The notes below the pieces were generated by a model. It was not told the DNA's origin. It saw nothing but the letters and a program-made list of their open reading frames with translations, and made no database searches. The position numbers and the translations under genes are program-made. Shown piece by piece: positions 10,430 to 22,071 of a DNA stretch of 64,000 nucleotides (within the stretch, counting starts at the first letter, position 1; every line of letters begins with the position of its first letter). The DNA comes from an uncultured Phycisphaerales bacterium (GTDB taxonomy: Bacteria > Planctomycetota > Phycisphaerae > Tepidisphaerales > Tepidisphaeraceae), in NCBI GenBank assembly GCA_963758525.1, contig CAVWVQ010000002.1, positions 384,001 to 448,000 of the forward strand, written 5' to 3'.

Positions 10430-11365
10430 ATGAAGCGATCTCGACTGGTGTCCTCGATTTATGCTTTGCTTTGTTTTCCGTTCGCAGCCACCGTGCTGGG
10501 CGATGTCCCTTCGACGCAGCCCGCCAGAGACCCACAGTGGAAGCTCACCTGGTCAGATGAGTTCGACGGGGCGACTATCGATCGCGCCAAATGGGGCTTT
10601 GACATGGGAAACGCACTGGTCACCGGCGATAAAGGGACGAAAGTGCCGGGCTGGGGCAATAATGAATTGGAAGACTACACCGATTCTCCACGCAACGTCT
10701 TCGTGAAAGATGGGATGCTTCATATCCGTGCCCTGAGGGAGACCGGAAAGACCATTTCCTTCTCTTCGGCCCGGATCACCACGAAGGGCCGCTTCAAGCA
10801 GGCCTTCGGCCGATTTGAATTTCGCGCCCGTCTGCCGGTGGGAAAAGGCCTCTGGCCGGCGCTGTGGCTCATGCCCGCCGACAATGCGTATGGGTCGTGG
10901 GCTGCGTCGGGCGAAATCGATGTGATGGAGAACCGCGGCCAGCACCCGACCACCATCTTTGGCACCATCCACTTCGGCTCCCGCTGGCCGAGCAACATTT
11001 TTCTCTCCACCAAATACACCTTCCCCGTCGGCCAGAGCATCGCCGATTTTCACCTCTACAGTGTCGAATGGAGTCCGACGGAGATTCGCTGGTTTGTCGA
11101 CGATCACCTTTACGCCAGGCAGACACACTGGTGGAGTTGCAGCAAGATTGACGCGCTCAACCGCGGGCTCGCCCCAAAAGGGAGCAAGGATTTGCACCCC
11201 TTCCCCGCCCCGTTCGATCAGCCGTTCTATCTCCTGATGAATCTGGCCGTCGGAGGCCGTTTCGTCGGCGCCCCGGACCAGACGACGCAATTCCCCGCTG
11301 AGATGCTGGTGGATTACGTGCGCGTGTATCAGCGCTTCGATGCGCCATCCGCCGGGAAATCGTAA
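10430..11365 (+). CDS. Secreted glycoside hydrolase family 16 (laminarinase-like)
   Basis: WSDEFDG, GWGNNEL, GLWPALWLMP, catalytic EIDVME, PFDQPFYLLMNLAVGG, VDYVRVYQ. Confidence 0.95.
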   Translation: MKRSRLVSSIYALLCFPFAATVLGDVPSTQPARDPQWKLTWSDEFDGATIDRAKWGFDMGNALVTGDKGTKVPGWGNNELEDYTDSPRNVFVKDGMLHIRALRETGKTISFSSARITTKGRFKQAFGRFEFRARLPVGKGLWPALWLMPADNAYGSWAASGEIDVMENRGQHPTTIFGTIHFGSRWPSNIFLSTKYTFPVGQSIADFHLYSVEWSPTEIRWFVDDHLYARQTHWWSCSKIDALNRGLAPKGSKDLHPFPAPFDQPFYLLMNLAVGGRFVGAPDQTTQFPAEMLVDYVRVYQRFDAPSAGKS

Positions 11366-11438
11366 GCCACGCCGATCGCTCCTGGGCGCAAACGCGGAGA
11401 CGCAGCAATTCGGCTGCGTCTCCGCGCGGCTTCCGCGC

Positions 11439-13341
11439 TCAGCAGTGCGCGTCCAGATCAATCTGGGCTGCCGTGGCATCGGCGGTGTAACCCGTTCCCG
11501 TCGAGACCGTCGCCTGCACGAACGACGTCGAGTTCGGGCTCCCATTGGCCGGGACGACCGCGACGATCGCATCCTGCTGCCCGGCTTCAAATGTGATGTC
11601 GGTCGGCAGATCATCGACGTAATCCGCGGTGCCGACCGCGGTGCTTCCGGCATAACTGACGGCCACGGTGAGCGCGGCGCTGAGGTCGCCGTTGCGGTGG
11701 AAGGTGAAGTATCCGTTCTGGCCGTTGCCATCCGCACCGCTGAAGCTTGCGGCTGGCTGGACAGCAGCCACGCTCACCGTCGGCAGCGCGAGGGCGGTGA
11801 CGGTTGCAACCGACGAGGGGCTGCTGTCGCCCGCATCCCCCACAGCAGTGATTCTGTAGTCATAGGCGGTTCCGGGGGTGACGGTCGTGTCGTTGAACTG
11901 CGTGACGTCCGCGTCAATCGTGCCGACGTTGCTCCAATCGGCTGCGCCGGCCGGCGAGCGTTGGACGACGAAGCTGGTTTCATTCGCCGAGCTGTTGTCC
12001 CAAAGGACATGTACGCCATCGGCTCGTGGCGTCGCGGAGACATTGGCGGGCGTGCCGGGCGCGCCGCCCGAGAGCGTGGCGGCCGCGGAGAATTTCGATT
12101 CCTCCAAATATCCTCCGTCCTCGTCTGGCGCTGTGGTCATCGCGGTGACCACATAGGTCGCCCCGGCCTGGCCGTAGAGTTCGGCGCTGGTCGTGGAAGA
12201 ATCGACAAACGTCTCCGCGCTGCGGGTTCCGTCGGCGTCCGCCTCATAGACCATGAAGCCGACCATGTTCGGCGTGTCCAGATCGTAAGACCAGCTGACG
12301 TCTGCCGTATCGGTCCCGGAGCCTGGAACGACGGTGATACCTGTGGGCGCGGTGGGAAGCGTGCCGGGCGTTGTGACGGTGACGAGCGATGGTGCGGACA
12401 GGGCCAATGTAGACGGATCCATCGCCTGTGCCCAGATCGTGTACGTTGTGTTCGGGTTTACCGAGAGCACATCATTGCCGTAGCCCCACCACCAGTTGCT
12501 GTCCAGCCCAGGATATTCAGGACTGCTGAGGGTGAGAATAAGCAGGTCACCGTTGGAGTCCGAGACGGAAAATGAACTGGGCTGCAGGTCGCTGATCGTC
12601 AGCCCGGTGGGCGCGGCCGGCCCACCGGGGTCGCCGGTGAGGAACTCCCCACTACAGGTATTTGCCGTGGCGACGGCGGAGTCAATTGCGGTGCCGCCAT
12701 TATCCGCGCGGATCCGAAACGAATAATTCATATCGCTGGCAAGGCCCGTCACGGCGTAGGACTGATCGCTCGACGTCGTGGAATTCCCCAGATCGGCAAC
12801 TTCATGAAAATTCGAGTCGGCGGGACCCATCTCCTCCAGCTCCAGATGCGAGCCGTCGGAGGTGGAATAGGTCAGATCGATCTCCGACGTGGAAGCGGCA
12901 ACGGCGGCCAGCTCCGGTTCGACCGGCGCCGCCAACGGCGCCGCGGGAGTCGTGGCGCTGGCTGTTCCCGCCGATGAAGTGCCACCGCCTGCGACGGCAA
13001 AGACCTCATAGCTGTATGACGTCGAAGCCGTCAAGGCGGAGTCGGAGAAGCTGGTCGTTCCCGGCGCGGTGGTTCCCAGATCCGTCCAACTGCCGCCGGT
13101 GGACCGCTTGACGTCAAAGCTGGTTTCGTCGGAGGCGTTGTTCTGCCATACGAGCTGGACCTGGGTGCTGGTGAGCGCCACTGCCGCGACATTGGTCGGG
13201 GCGGCGGTGTAGAGCAGGCGGCTCTCTAGCGACTCCATCACTGCATCCACGGCCGGGCGAAGAGCCGCGGAACATGGATCCAACCGGCGTGCCGCTTTGA
13301 AAGAACGATGCGCGGAATCCGCGCAGCGAGAGATTCAGCAT
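11439..13341 (-). CDS. Secreted LEPR-XLL protein with fibronectin type III repeats and a Calx-beta-like C-terminus (probable indel near 13300)
   Basis: ESLESRLLY, WQNNASDETSF and WDNSSANETSF Fn3 motifs. A strong GAGGAG RBS precedes the ATG at 13341, which is out of frame with the main ORF (11439-13283). Confidence 0.8.
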
Positions 13342-13679
13342 AAAGCTCCTCAAGTTGTAGAACCCCATCGAACTGATCAAGTCAAACATCCCGGCCCACA
13401 CCGGAATGCAAGCGAACGGCGGGGACCGCCGCCGCCCCAGCGGGGTCGGGCGGCCTGTCCCCATTGTTTTTGTCCGCTCTGCGCCGGCAACATAAAGCGG
13501 CCCTGACCGATTACAAGCGGGAAATCCAGTTGCGGCGGACTTTTAGCCAGTATCTGCTACATTCGCTATAAATACTGGTATGCCCTACGCCGGCGTGCGG
13601 GAACAGCGTTCGAGGCGTGGAGAGGAAACCTTACAGTCCGGGGAGTGATTCTCGGATTTTGGAACTGGGATTGAAGACG

Positions 13680-14891
13680 TTATGCAGCGACGCTGGAACT
13701 GGCGGCGGCGGTGTCCTTCTCCAGGAATTGTGCGCCGAAGAGCCAGAAAAGACCGCCGACGACCATCATCAAGCTGACGAAGAGGAACGCGGTGTTCATC
13801 GAATAGTGATCCGAGAGCCAGCCGATGACCGGTGGGGAAACCGCATCGCCCAGGGCATGAATGATGAAGATGTTGAGGGCAAAGGCAGTGGCGCGAACGG
13901 AAGGATGCGTGACGTTGGCAAGGATGGTGTTGCTCGGGCCGGTATTGAAAAAGAGACAGAACACCGCCAGAAACATCAGGATCCAGGCCGCGGGAAACGG
14001 GACGTAGAGAAGCAGCACGAAGAAGGGAAATCCGCAGAGCAGACCAGCCGCGGAGACCAGAAAGTACGAACCCGTGAAACGAGAGCGAAGCGCATCGCCG
14101 GCGATTCCACCCAGCAGCGTGGCAAGCAGCCCGGCGACAACCGTGATCGCCCCGAAGATGGTGTTGACGCGCGCCAGGTTCGAGTAGTGGCGATACTCGA
14201 CAATATACTTGGGCATCCAGAAGCCGATGCCCCCGATCGCGAAGGTCATGGCGGTCATGCCGATCGTGTCAAAGAGATAGGAGCGGTTGGCGAGAATCGC
14301 CGCGTAATCCTGCCAGACGTTTCGTCGCGGACCAACGGCCAGTGGACGCAACCTTTTGCCACGCGGATCTTTCATGAAAAGCGACCAGATTCCCAACGCC
14401 ATGCCAGGAATGACCACCGCATAAAACGCGGCGCGCCAGCCGTAGGTCCCGCCGATTTTTCCGCCGAGCACATAGCCCAAAGCGCTTCCCACGGGGATCG
14501 CCAGATAAAAACCGGCCAGCACCTTGCCGCGGACCGCGACCGGGTAGAGATCGGACAGAATTGTCGGCGCGACCGGCCCGTATGCGGCTTCGCCGACGCC
14601 GACGAAGCAGCGTGTGATGAGCAATGCGACAAACGTCCGCGCCAGGCCCGAGCCGCCGCTGGCGAGACTCCAGAGGATCACTCCAATCGCCACCAACAGC
14701 CAGCGCGACATGCGGTCGGCCAGGCGTCCGAAGATCGGGGAGATCAGCATGTACGAGAGAAGGAACGCGGTCGCCAGCGAACCCATCGCGGCTTCGGAGC
14801 GATGAAATGTCTGCTCGATCTGCGGCTCCACCGCCGAGAGGACCTGGCGATCGACGTAATTGAAGAGATTGATGCACAGGAGCAATGCCAA
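13680..14891 (-). CDS. MFS transporter, spinster-like
   Basis: INLFNYVDRQ, GRLADRMSR (motif A), RCFVGVGEA, about 12 TM helices; exact start uncertain. Confidence 0.92.
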   Translation of the reverse strand: MALLLCINLFNYVDRQVLSAVEPQIEQTFHRSEAAMGSLATAFLLSYMLISPIFGRLADRMSRWLLVAIGVILWSLASGGSGLARTFVALLITRCFVGVGEAAYGPVAPTILSDLYPVAVRGKVLAGFYLAIPVGSALGYVLGGKIGGTYGWRAAFYAVVIPGMALGIWSLFMKDPRGKRLRPLAVGPRRNVWQDYAAILANRSYLFDTIGMTAMTFAIGGIGFWMPKYIVEYRHYSNLARVNTIFGAITVVAGLLATLLGGIAGDALRSRFTGSYFLVSAAGLLCGFPFFVLLLYVPFPAAWILMFLAVFCLFFNTGPSNTILANVTHPSVRATAFALNIFIIHALGDAVSPPVIGWLSDHYSMNTAFLFVSLMMVVGGLFWLFGAQFLEKDTAAASSSVAA

Positions 14892-15060
14892 CGCGGCGCC
14901 GGCGCGCGCGCGGGGCGATGCAACTGGTTCTGCGACGCGACATCACCGCCGTCGGGGCTCAACATTCGACCGCATCTTGCCGGGAGCGCAACGGGAGTGC
15001 AAACTTGCGGCGACAAGGCAGCCAGGACCAGAAGCCAAAAGCCAGGAACGCGAGGCCATC

Positions 15061-16074
15061 ATGGAAAATCAACCGGTCACGCCGCAACGCATTATGGAGA
15101 TGGCCTGGGGATATGCGCCGCCGTTGATTCTCGAATCGGCAGTTCGCAACGGGCTGTTCGACGCGATGGAGAAAGGGCCGCGCACGCTGGCTGAGCTTTG
15201 CGAGGCGACGGGCGTCAGTGAGCGGGGAGCCAGGGCGGTGCTCAACGCGCTGGTTGGATTTGGCTTTGCCTCCAAAGCCCGCGGGAAATATGCGCTCACA
15301 CCAGAGAGTGCCGCTTTCCTCGTGCGCGGCAAGCCGGGCTATCTCGGCGGGTTTCTCACCCACATCAGCGAGCAGTTGATTCCGAATTGGCTGAAGCTTG
15401 CGGAGACGACCCGCAGCGGCAAGCCGCCGCAGCGAGTGGATGCTGAGAGGACCGGTGCGGAGTTTTTCAAGAGCTTCGTGAAGGACCTGTTCCCGATGAA
15501 CCATCCCGCCGCCGTGGCACTGGCCGACGCACTGGCCCCGGAACTGGGCGAGGAACCCGCGGAGATCCTTGACCTGGCCGCCGGGTCGGGCGTGGGGGGT
15601 CTGACGATTGCGCAGCGCTCTCCTGGAGTGCGCGTAACAGCGGTGGATTGGCCCATGGTGACGCCCGTCACCGAGGAAGTGGCCGCGGAGATGGGATTGG
15701 CAGATCGTCTTCGCGTCATCAAGGGCGATATCCTTGAAGCGGATTTCGGCAGCGGCTATCGAGTCGCGACGCTGGGACACATCCTGCACAGCGAAGGAAT
15801 CGACCGGTCGCACCGGCTGCTGAAGCGCGTGTTCGACGCGCTGGCCCCAGGAGGGACGATCGCGATTGCCGAATTTATTGTGAAGGACGATCGCACAGGC
15901 CCGCCGCAGGCGTTGATCTTCGCCGTCAACATGCTCGTGCACACCGAAGCGGGAGATACATTTTCCTTCGAGCAAATGAGCAACTGGCTGAACGAAACCG
16001 GATTTCACCAGGTTCGCGCGCTGGATACCGGCGGCCATTCGCCGCTGGTGCTGGCGACCAAGCCAAAGAGCTGA
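15061..16074 (+). CDS. SAM-dependent O-methyltransferase with dimerisation domain
   Basis: N-terminal wHTH-like domain, ILDLAAGSG, GHILH, ALAPGG; GAGG RBS before the ATG at 15061. Confidence 0.9.
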   Translation: MENQPVTPQRIMEMAWGYAPPLILESAVRNGLFDAMEKGPRTLAELCEATGVSERGARAVLNALVGFGFASKARGKYALTPESAAFLVRGKPGYLGGFLTHISEQLIPNWLKLAETTRSGKPPQRVDAERTGAEFFKSFVKDLFPMNHPAAVALADALAPELGEEPAEILDLAAGSGVGGLTIAQRSPGVRVTAVDWPMVTPVTEEVAAEMGLADRLRVIKGDILEADFGSGYRVATLGHILHSEGIDRSHRLLKRVFDALAPGGTIAIAEFIVKDDRTGPPQALIFAVNMLVHTEAGDTFSFEQMSNWLNETGFHQVRALDTGGHSPLVLATKPKS

Positions 16075-16152
16075 AAGTCGAGGCCCTGTTTAGAGCCAGT
16101 GCTCGCGCGCGAAGAACATGATCAATTTCGAAGCCGCAAGCAACGCAATCAT

Positions 16153-16206
16153 GTAGCACGGCCGTCCCGGCTGTGGCCGAAATCAGAGCCGGGACGGCCA
16201 TGCTAC
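16153..16206. repeat. GTAG-type REP doublet, family C
   Basis: GTAGCACGGCCGTCCCGGCTGTG...CAGAGCCGGGACGGCCATGCTAC; second copy at 39103-39157. Confidence 0.8.
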
Positions 16207-16353
16207 GAGGGAGTCGCCCTGTCCTGTCCGCGAAAATGCTTCAGCGCGATGGGTGGTGTAGTGGCTAATCGAAAGTGGAATCCAGAAGTGACAAGGACTT
16301 TACCAGAGCCGATACCAAACATGGCCTAAGCCCTCCACCGCCGCCTCGGCTGG

Positions 16354-17532
16354 TCATCCATTCGGCGGCGCAGGCGCGACGGGTGGCGGAGCAATGCCGG
16401 CCAGGTGCTGGAGTTCGGATGTGGCCAGCGCGATTTCCTTGGGGCCGTGCAGGCGGGTCAGGGAACGTGTGAGGTATTCCCGGGCGCGGCCATAGCGATC
16501 CAGGTAGCGCGCATAGATGAGCCCGAGCATCAGCTCGATCTGTTCAATCTGCTCGTACTTGGGATACGTGGCAAGGAACAGTTCGTAAGCATCGGCGGCT
16601 TCGCGATACAACCGAGCGTTGGCCAGATGATTGGCAATGTCGAGTTGAGCCTGGCGGGCGAGGACCTGTCCGGGGGCGATCTGTTGAAGATCGAGATACA
16701 GCCGCGCGGCGGTGTCGAGATCGTGACGTGCCAGCGCCTCGGAGATATGCGACCGCAATTGGCTGATCTGGATGGTCTTCGGATCGGGTGGCTCCGGACG
16801 CTGCACGGCGGGTGCGGGAGTGTAGTTGAACGGGTTGTAGCCGGAGGTGACCAGATCGCGGTACTGGCGGCGTTTGTTCCATCGCTGGGTGATGGCAAGG
16901 AAATCAAACTGATCGCGTGGCAGCAGGCGAATCCACAGCAAAAGGAAGCAGGTGCCAAAGCCGAAGAGCGTTCCACCGATGTGGGCGACGTGGGCGACGT
17001 TGTCCGACTTGGTAAAGTTGGACCAGACGTCAAACGCGAAGAACATCAGGATGAACCAGAGTCCGGAGATCTCATACTGCCCGATGATGTACAGGAACAA
17101 GAGCACCGTGATGTGGGAGCGCGGAAAGAGAACCAGGAAGGCGCCGGTGACCGAGGCGATCGCGCCGCTGGCGCCGATGACGGGCAGCACCTGGTCGGGA
17201 ACCAGCACGTAGAGTATCCCCGCGAAGACTCCGCCCGCCAGGTAATACGCGAGGTAGCCGGCGTTTCCCATCTTGTCGTTGACGTTGTTTCCAAAAATGT
17301 AGAGGAAGAGCATGTTGCCGCCGATGTGCATCCAGTCGGCGTGGAGAAAAGCGTAGCTGATGAACTGATAGACCTGCGGATTGCGCGGTGAAAGCACCAG
17401 GTCGTATCGGCCGACGACCGATGGGTTGATGTAGTGGGTGTAAATGAAGACCAGCACATTGGCCGCAATCAACGCCCAATTGGTGTACGGCGAATGCCGC
17501 AGCGGCCTGTCAGTGCGAAGCGGAATGATCAT
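16354..17532 (-). CDS. Rhomboid intramembrane serine protease with C-terminal TPR region
   Basis: FLHADWMHIGGNML, GASGAI, VAHVAHIGG, and TPR-like helices at the C-terminus. Confidence 0.92.
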   Translation of the reverse strand: MIIPLRTDRPLRHSPYTNWALIAANVLVFIYTHYINPSVVGRYDLVLSPRNPQVYQFISYAFLHADWMHIGGNMLFLYIFGNNVNDKMGNAGYLAYYLAGGVFAGILYVLVPDQVLPVIGASGAIASVTGAFLVLFPRSHITVLLFLYIIGQYEISGLWFILMFFAFDVWSNFTKSDNVAHVAHIGGTLFGFGTCFLLLWIRLLPRDQFDFLAITQRWNKRRQYRDLVTSGYNPFNYTPAPAVQRPEPPDPKTIQISQLRSHISEALARHDLDTAARLYLDLQQIAPGQVLARQAQLDIANHLANARLYREAADAYELFLATYPKYEQIEQIELMLGLIYARYLDRYGRAREYLTRSLTRLHGPKEIALATSELQHLAGIAPPPVAPAPPNG

Positions 17533-17686
17533 GACGACGACGGATGTTCAGCGGAATGAAGCGGCGCGACGCGGTTGTCAATAAATCCAGAGCGCTGAGC
17601 GAGTGTTCCATGGGCAGCGTTCCCTTTCGCGCCAGCACGCGCGTTTTGCGCTCCTGTCGCGCGAGCAGCTGCCGATGCGCGCTCAC

Positions 17687-18157
17687 TCAATGATGTTCCT
17701 TGATCATACGCAGCCGGCGGCCCCCGCGATCCCACCAGACCCGGCTCATATACGACTCGATCAACAGGATGCCGCGGCCGCTGCACTTTTCGAGGTTTTC
17801 GTCGGCGGTCGGATCGGGAACGCCGCCGCGGTCGAAGCCGGGGCCTTCGTCCTCGATCAAAAATTCGACTTTTTTCGCGGTGATACGCGCCTCAATGCGC
17901 ACCCGCTTGGCGGGGTCGAGCCGATTGCCGTGACGAATTGCGTTGACCAGCGCCTCCTCCAGCGCGAGCTTGATCCCAAAGAACTCGCGACCTGTGAAGC
18001 CGGCTTTTTCCACCCGCTCCAGAATCTGCTCCTGTGCGGCAAGCTGGGCATCATGGCTGGAGTGAATGGTGAAAACTAATTTTGCGGGAGCGTGTTTTCC
18101 GTTGGTGTTCCTGCCGGCGCGACGGCCCTCTTCACGATTCGAACCAGTCACCGCCAT
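17687..18157 (-). CDS. RsbW/SpoIIAB-like anti-sigma kinase (HATPase_c_2)
   Basis: LEEALVNAIRHGN, DEGPGF, GRGILLI. Confidence 0.9.
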   Translation of the reverse strand: MAVTGSNREEGRRAGRNTNGKHAPAKLVFTIHSSHDAQLAAQEQILERVEKAGFTGREFFGIKLALEEALVNAIRHGNRLDPAKRVRIEARITAKKVEFLIEDEGPGFDRGGVPDPTADENLEKCSGRGILLIESYMSRVWWDRGGRRLRMIKEHH

Positions 18158-18185
18158 CTGGGAGACCTTTCCGGTGGTCAAGTTC

Positions 18186-18548
18186 TCACTGGGCAAAGCT
18201 GGCCAGGGCTTCCGCACGCCCCGGCATGATGCGGAACAGGCGATTCAGCTTCGTGATCTCGAAGACCTCCATGATCTGCGGCTTGATGTTCGCCAGCCGA
18301 AGCTGACCATTTTTCTGCCGGATGCGATTGTTGGCATTGATCAACATTCCCAAAGCGGCGCTGCTGAGATGATCGACCGTGCGAAAATCCAACAGCAGCT
18401 TGGGATTGCTGCGCTCGTCAATCAAGACGTTCAGCGCACGACCGATGTCGGTAATGTTGCCCTCGTCTAGAATGCGGCTGTTGGTAAATTCGACCACCCG
18501 GATGTCCTTCTCCTGGGTGATTTCAACAGGCGGTGTGCTGTCGGCCAT
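18186..18548 (-). CDS. STAS anti-anti-sigma factor
   Basis: LLLDFRTVDHLSSAALG, GQLRL, VFEITKL. Confidence 0.92.
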   Translation of the reverse strand: MADSTPPVEITQEKDIRVVEFTNSRILDEGNITDIGRALNVLIDERSNPKLLLDFRTVDHLSSAALGMLINANNRIRQKNGQLRLANIKPQIMEVFEITKLNRLFRIMPGRAEALASFAQ

Positions 18549-18649
18549 GCCAATGTCCTCGATTTCCCCTTCCGGAGATAAAAAGCTGTTCATGGTAAAC
18601 GGTAAGATCGGCTAAAAAGAGTGTCAAGTTTTGGGAAAGGGCATTGGGG

Positions 18650-18685
18650 AAGGCACGGAGGCACGAAGGCACCAAGGCACGAAGG
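18650..18685. repeat. Octamer tandem repeat (GGCACNNA), also at 34110-34143 and 34252-34272
   Basis: aggcacggaggcacgaaggcaccaaggcacgaaggg. Confidence 0.6.
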
Positions 18686-18736
18686 GAAAACCAAGGGCGT
18701 ATGCGACGCGTTTTGAGCTGCTTATCGCTTCAGATT

Positions 18737-18794
18737 AAACCCCGAACCCTGACACACTGAACCCTGAACCCTGAACCCTGACACCCCGAACCCT
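18737..18794. repeat. CCCTGAA/CCCTGACA heptamer-octamer array
   Basis: taaaccccgaaccctgacacactgaaccctgaaccctgaaccctgacaccccgaaccct. Confidence 0.85.
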
Positions 18795-20390
18795 CAACTC
18801 CGCCAAACGCTTATGGCAGCGAGCAGACAGAACAACGCCGCGAGCGCGACGGGGCCGGCCATGCTCTGCCCAGCGTGGTCGCGAGCGGCGGCGATCAGGC
18901 GCTGGCGCCAGTCTGCCGTTGAGGGCTGCGACGGCGGACCTTGCTCGGCCAGGGCGTTGAAGGCGCGCTCCACGCCGTCGCTGCGACGATAGATTCCGGG
19001 TTGACCCGCCTTGCCCGTGAGCGGCGACCATTCTACAGATCGCTCCTCCAATGGCGACGAAGAAAACTCCCGGCCGGCCTGTCCGATCCAGTCGAACACG
19101 TGGGTCCAGAAGATGACAAATTGTGATTCCCCTGACCACTGATCCGTCGCGAAGCCGACCCAGACTTTGCGAACGGGATCCGACTGCGCGGCCAGGATCG
19201 TTTTCCCGCCGCTCCGCACCAGCGGTTCCCACCCATCCGGCGGCTCAATGGTCGCCGGCGTCAGCGGCAGCGCCCCCAATTGATCCCCCGTGTGATCGGC
19301 TGATCGCTCACATCCAGCGCCAGGCCGTTGGTCGGAGCCTGGGCGAGGCTCGAGGCAATGACGATGCCGCGTTGATTGTCGGCAAGATCGGAGCTTTTGG
19401 CGACAAGCTCTATCGTCGGCGAGCCGGGCACCGGCGGACGTCGCCGGGCGTAGACGCCGACCATCCTTTCGACCGACGGATCCAGCGGGATTCGCGGTTC
19501 GATCGCAGGCCAGCGCGCGGACCGCGCGAGCCAGGCGCGGTCAGCGGCCGTGGGATCGTCACTGGACATAATCGCGGCTTCGATTGTTTCCCCCAATTCG
19601 CGCGGCGAAAAAAAATAATCGCGAGCCGCGCCGCGCGGCGCGAGCTGGACCGTCTGGCGGAGACGCTGATCTCCGCTGATCACCTCCAGAGCAGTTGTCG
19701 TGTGACTCGATTCGTTGAGAAGGCGCACCATCACGCCCGGAACCGGCGTTTCACGGGCGGCAAGTTCGGAGATTCCGATGGCGTCGCTGCCAGCGTCGGG
19801 GGCGATCCGAACGACGCGCGAGTCGTTCGTCGCGATCGGCTGATCGCTGACGACAAAGACTGAGCCGTCGCTGGATCGCAGCGCCTGAGCCACCATCTGA
19901 TTGAGCGACGCGCTCGTGTTAAGCGCTGACGTTGGCAGCGAGCTGATCGCCTGCGTCATCCCAGCCGCGTCCGTCAGTTTCTCGTTTCCGCCAGGCAGAA
20001 CGTGCAGCCGAATCGACACACGAGGGGCGCGCTTGGCCACTTCCTCGGCAAGCAGAGCCGCTGCAACACGGACGCGCGGCAAGCCGTGTGATGGCGCGGA
20101 CATCGTTCCGCCGCAGTCAAGCACGACCTCAAGAGGCGCACCTTCGCCCCCCCTGCCCCAAACGGCGGGTCGTGCCGATGCGAGAATTGACAGGAGCATC
20201 GCGACGATGACCAGCAGCACCGGCAACGGCGGCTTCCGGACGCCGGGCCGCTTCGGCCGCGCCTCGATCGCCGTCCGCCAAAGTTCAAGATATGGAACCT
20301 GCGCCGCGCGAAGCGTCCCCAGAGAACCCAGAGGGCAACCCCACCCCACGGGATCAATCCAACCAGCCACAACGGTGATGCGAACCACAT
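18794..20390 (-). CDS. BatA-type N-terminal/vWA-like membrane protein split by two frameshifts (~20305, ~19270)
   Basis: MWFASPLWLVGLIP start, then in a second frame VPYLELW...LASARP and VVLDCGGTMS, then a C-terminal part in a third frame (18794-19279). Confidence 0.7.
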
Positions 20391-20556
20391 ACGTGCGCGA
20401 GGAATCGTATGGTATATCGCGGCGAGCGGATAGCCGAGGTGACCGGTGGAATGGGCGCAGCCCCTCGCATTCCCTCGATCTCTCCCGCCATTGGGTTTGC
20501 CGAGCGTTGCCTGGCCGATATGATCCTTTTCGATCCGCGTCTCCAGGAGCTGTTGC

Positions 20557-22051
20557 ATGATTCGTACCAAGATTGTCGCGACGATGGGGCCGGCCTGTTC
20601 GGACGTGGCGTCGCTCACGAAGCTTTTTGAAGCGGGCGTGGACGTCTGCCGGGTGAATTTTTCCCACGGCTCGCTCGACACGGCGCTGGCAACGCTCCGC
20701 AATATTCGCGAAGCGGCGACGGCGACGGGTTTGCCGGTCGCGGTGCTGGGAGACCTCTGCGGTCCGAAGATCCGGCTTGGCAAAGTCATTGATGCGAACG
20801 GCGCCGGCGGAATGCCCATCAAGGTCGGCGACACGCTCACGATCGTCCGTCTCCCGATCGTCGGCGTCGAAGGACGTGTCAGCAGCACCTATCCCGGCTT
20901 GATCGACGACGTGAAGATCGGCGATCGAGTGCTGATCGAAGACGGACTGATTCGTTTCGTCTGCACGGAAAAGACCGACGATCAAATCATCTGCAGCTGC
21001 ACCTCCGGCGGAATTCTCAAAAGCTCCAAGGGAATCAACCTTCCCAATAGCGCGGTGAATCTCCCGTCGATCACCGAGCGCGATTGGGAATGCGTCGACT
21101 GGGCCGTGGAAAACCACCTCGACTACCTGGCACTCTCCTTCGTCCGCAAGGCCCAGGACCTGATCGACCTGCGGCAATATCTGCACGACAAGGTCAGTGA
21201 CATTCACCTCATCGCCAAGATCGAAAAGGCGGAGGCGATCGTAGAGATCGACGCGATTATCGAAGCCAGCGACGGGCTGATGGTGGCGCGCGGAGATTTG
21301 GGCGTCGAGATGGACGTGGCGCGGGTACCGATCATCCAGAAGGACCTGATCCGCCGTTGCCAGGCGGCGGGAAAGCCGGTCATCGTGGCGACGCAGATGC
21401 TGCAGAGCATGATTGAAAATTCCTCGCCGACCCGCGCGGAGGTCAGCGACGTTGCCAACGCGATTATCGACGGCACCGACGCCGTCATGCTCAGCGGCGA
21501 GACATCAGTCGGGAAGTTCCCGATCGGCTCCGTGCTCACCATGGCGCATGTCGCTTCCGTGACGGAAGATTATCTCGCCGCGCGTTTCGACGAGGATTCA
21601 CCCTCGCCGCCTCACGTGCGGACGACGCTGCCTTCGGGGGCGATCGCGCGGGGCGCTGCAGATCGTCCGCGAACTGAGTCCGAAGCTGGTGGTGGTCTGG
21701 ACGATGACCGGCGCGACCGCCCGCGTCTTCTCGAAACATCGCTTCCCGGTTCCGCTCATCGGATTGTCCAGCGACCCGCGCGTGCTGCGCCGAATGGCAC
21801 TGCTGTATGGCGTGATCGCCCAGGAAATGCCGGCCTGCCTGGAGATGAACGATCTGATCCGCGGCATCGATGCGCTGGTGATCGAACGCAAATTCGCCGC
21901 GCCATCGGATCGGGTCGTCATTGTCGCCGGATGGTCGCCGGCGATGCCAGGAACCATGAACGGCATGATGATTCACACCGTCGGTCAGCCTTGGATTGCG
22001 ATGCCCAATGCGCAGGTGCTGCGACAGTTGACCAAGGCCGAGCGGGAGTAG
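20557..22051 (+). CDS. pyk: Pyruvate kinase, frameshifted at ~21655
   Basis: RTKIVATMGP, RVNFSHG, GPKIR, KIEK, MVARGDLGVE, ATQML, DAVMLSGETSVG. The C-terminal domain (VVWTMTGATAR...VVIVAG) lies in the 21689-22051 frame. Confidence 0.93.
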
Positions 22052-22071
22052 TCATCTTGTTGGAAGAAGAG

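Noticed and set aside
6814..11365. Cellulosome-like complex including the GH16 enzyme
   Set aside because: The GH16 has no dockerin, there is no multi-cohesin scaffoldin, and the only dockerin is on a small TM protein.
13617..15194. Long antisense/shadow ORFs (e.g. 13617-15194, 11340-12575, 42193-43779, 25271-26560, 19261-21207 in part)
   Set aside because: They are opposite-strand mirrors of well-supported genes, expected in high-GC DNA, and carry no recognisable motifs.
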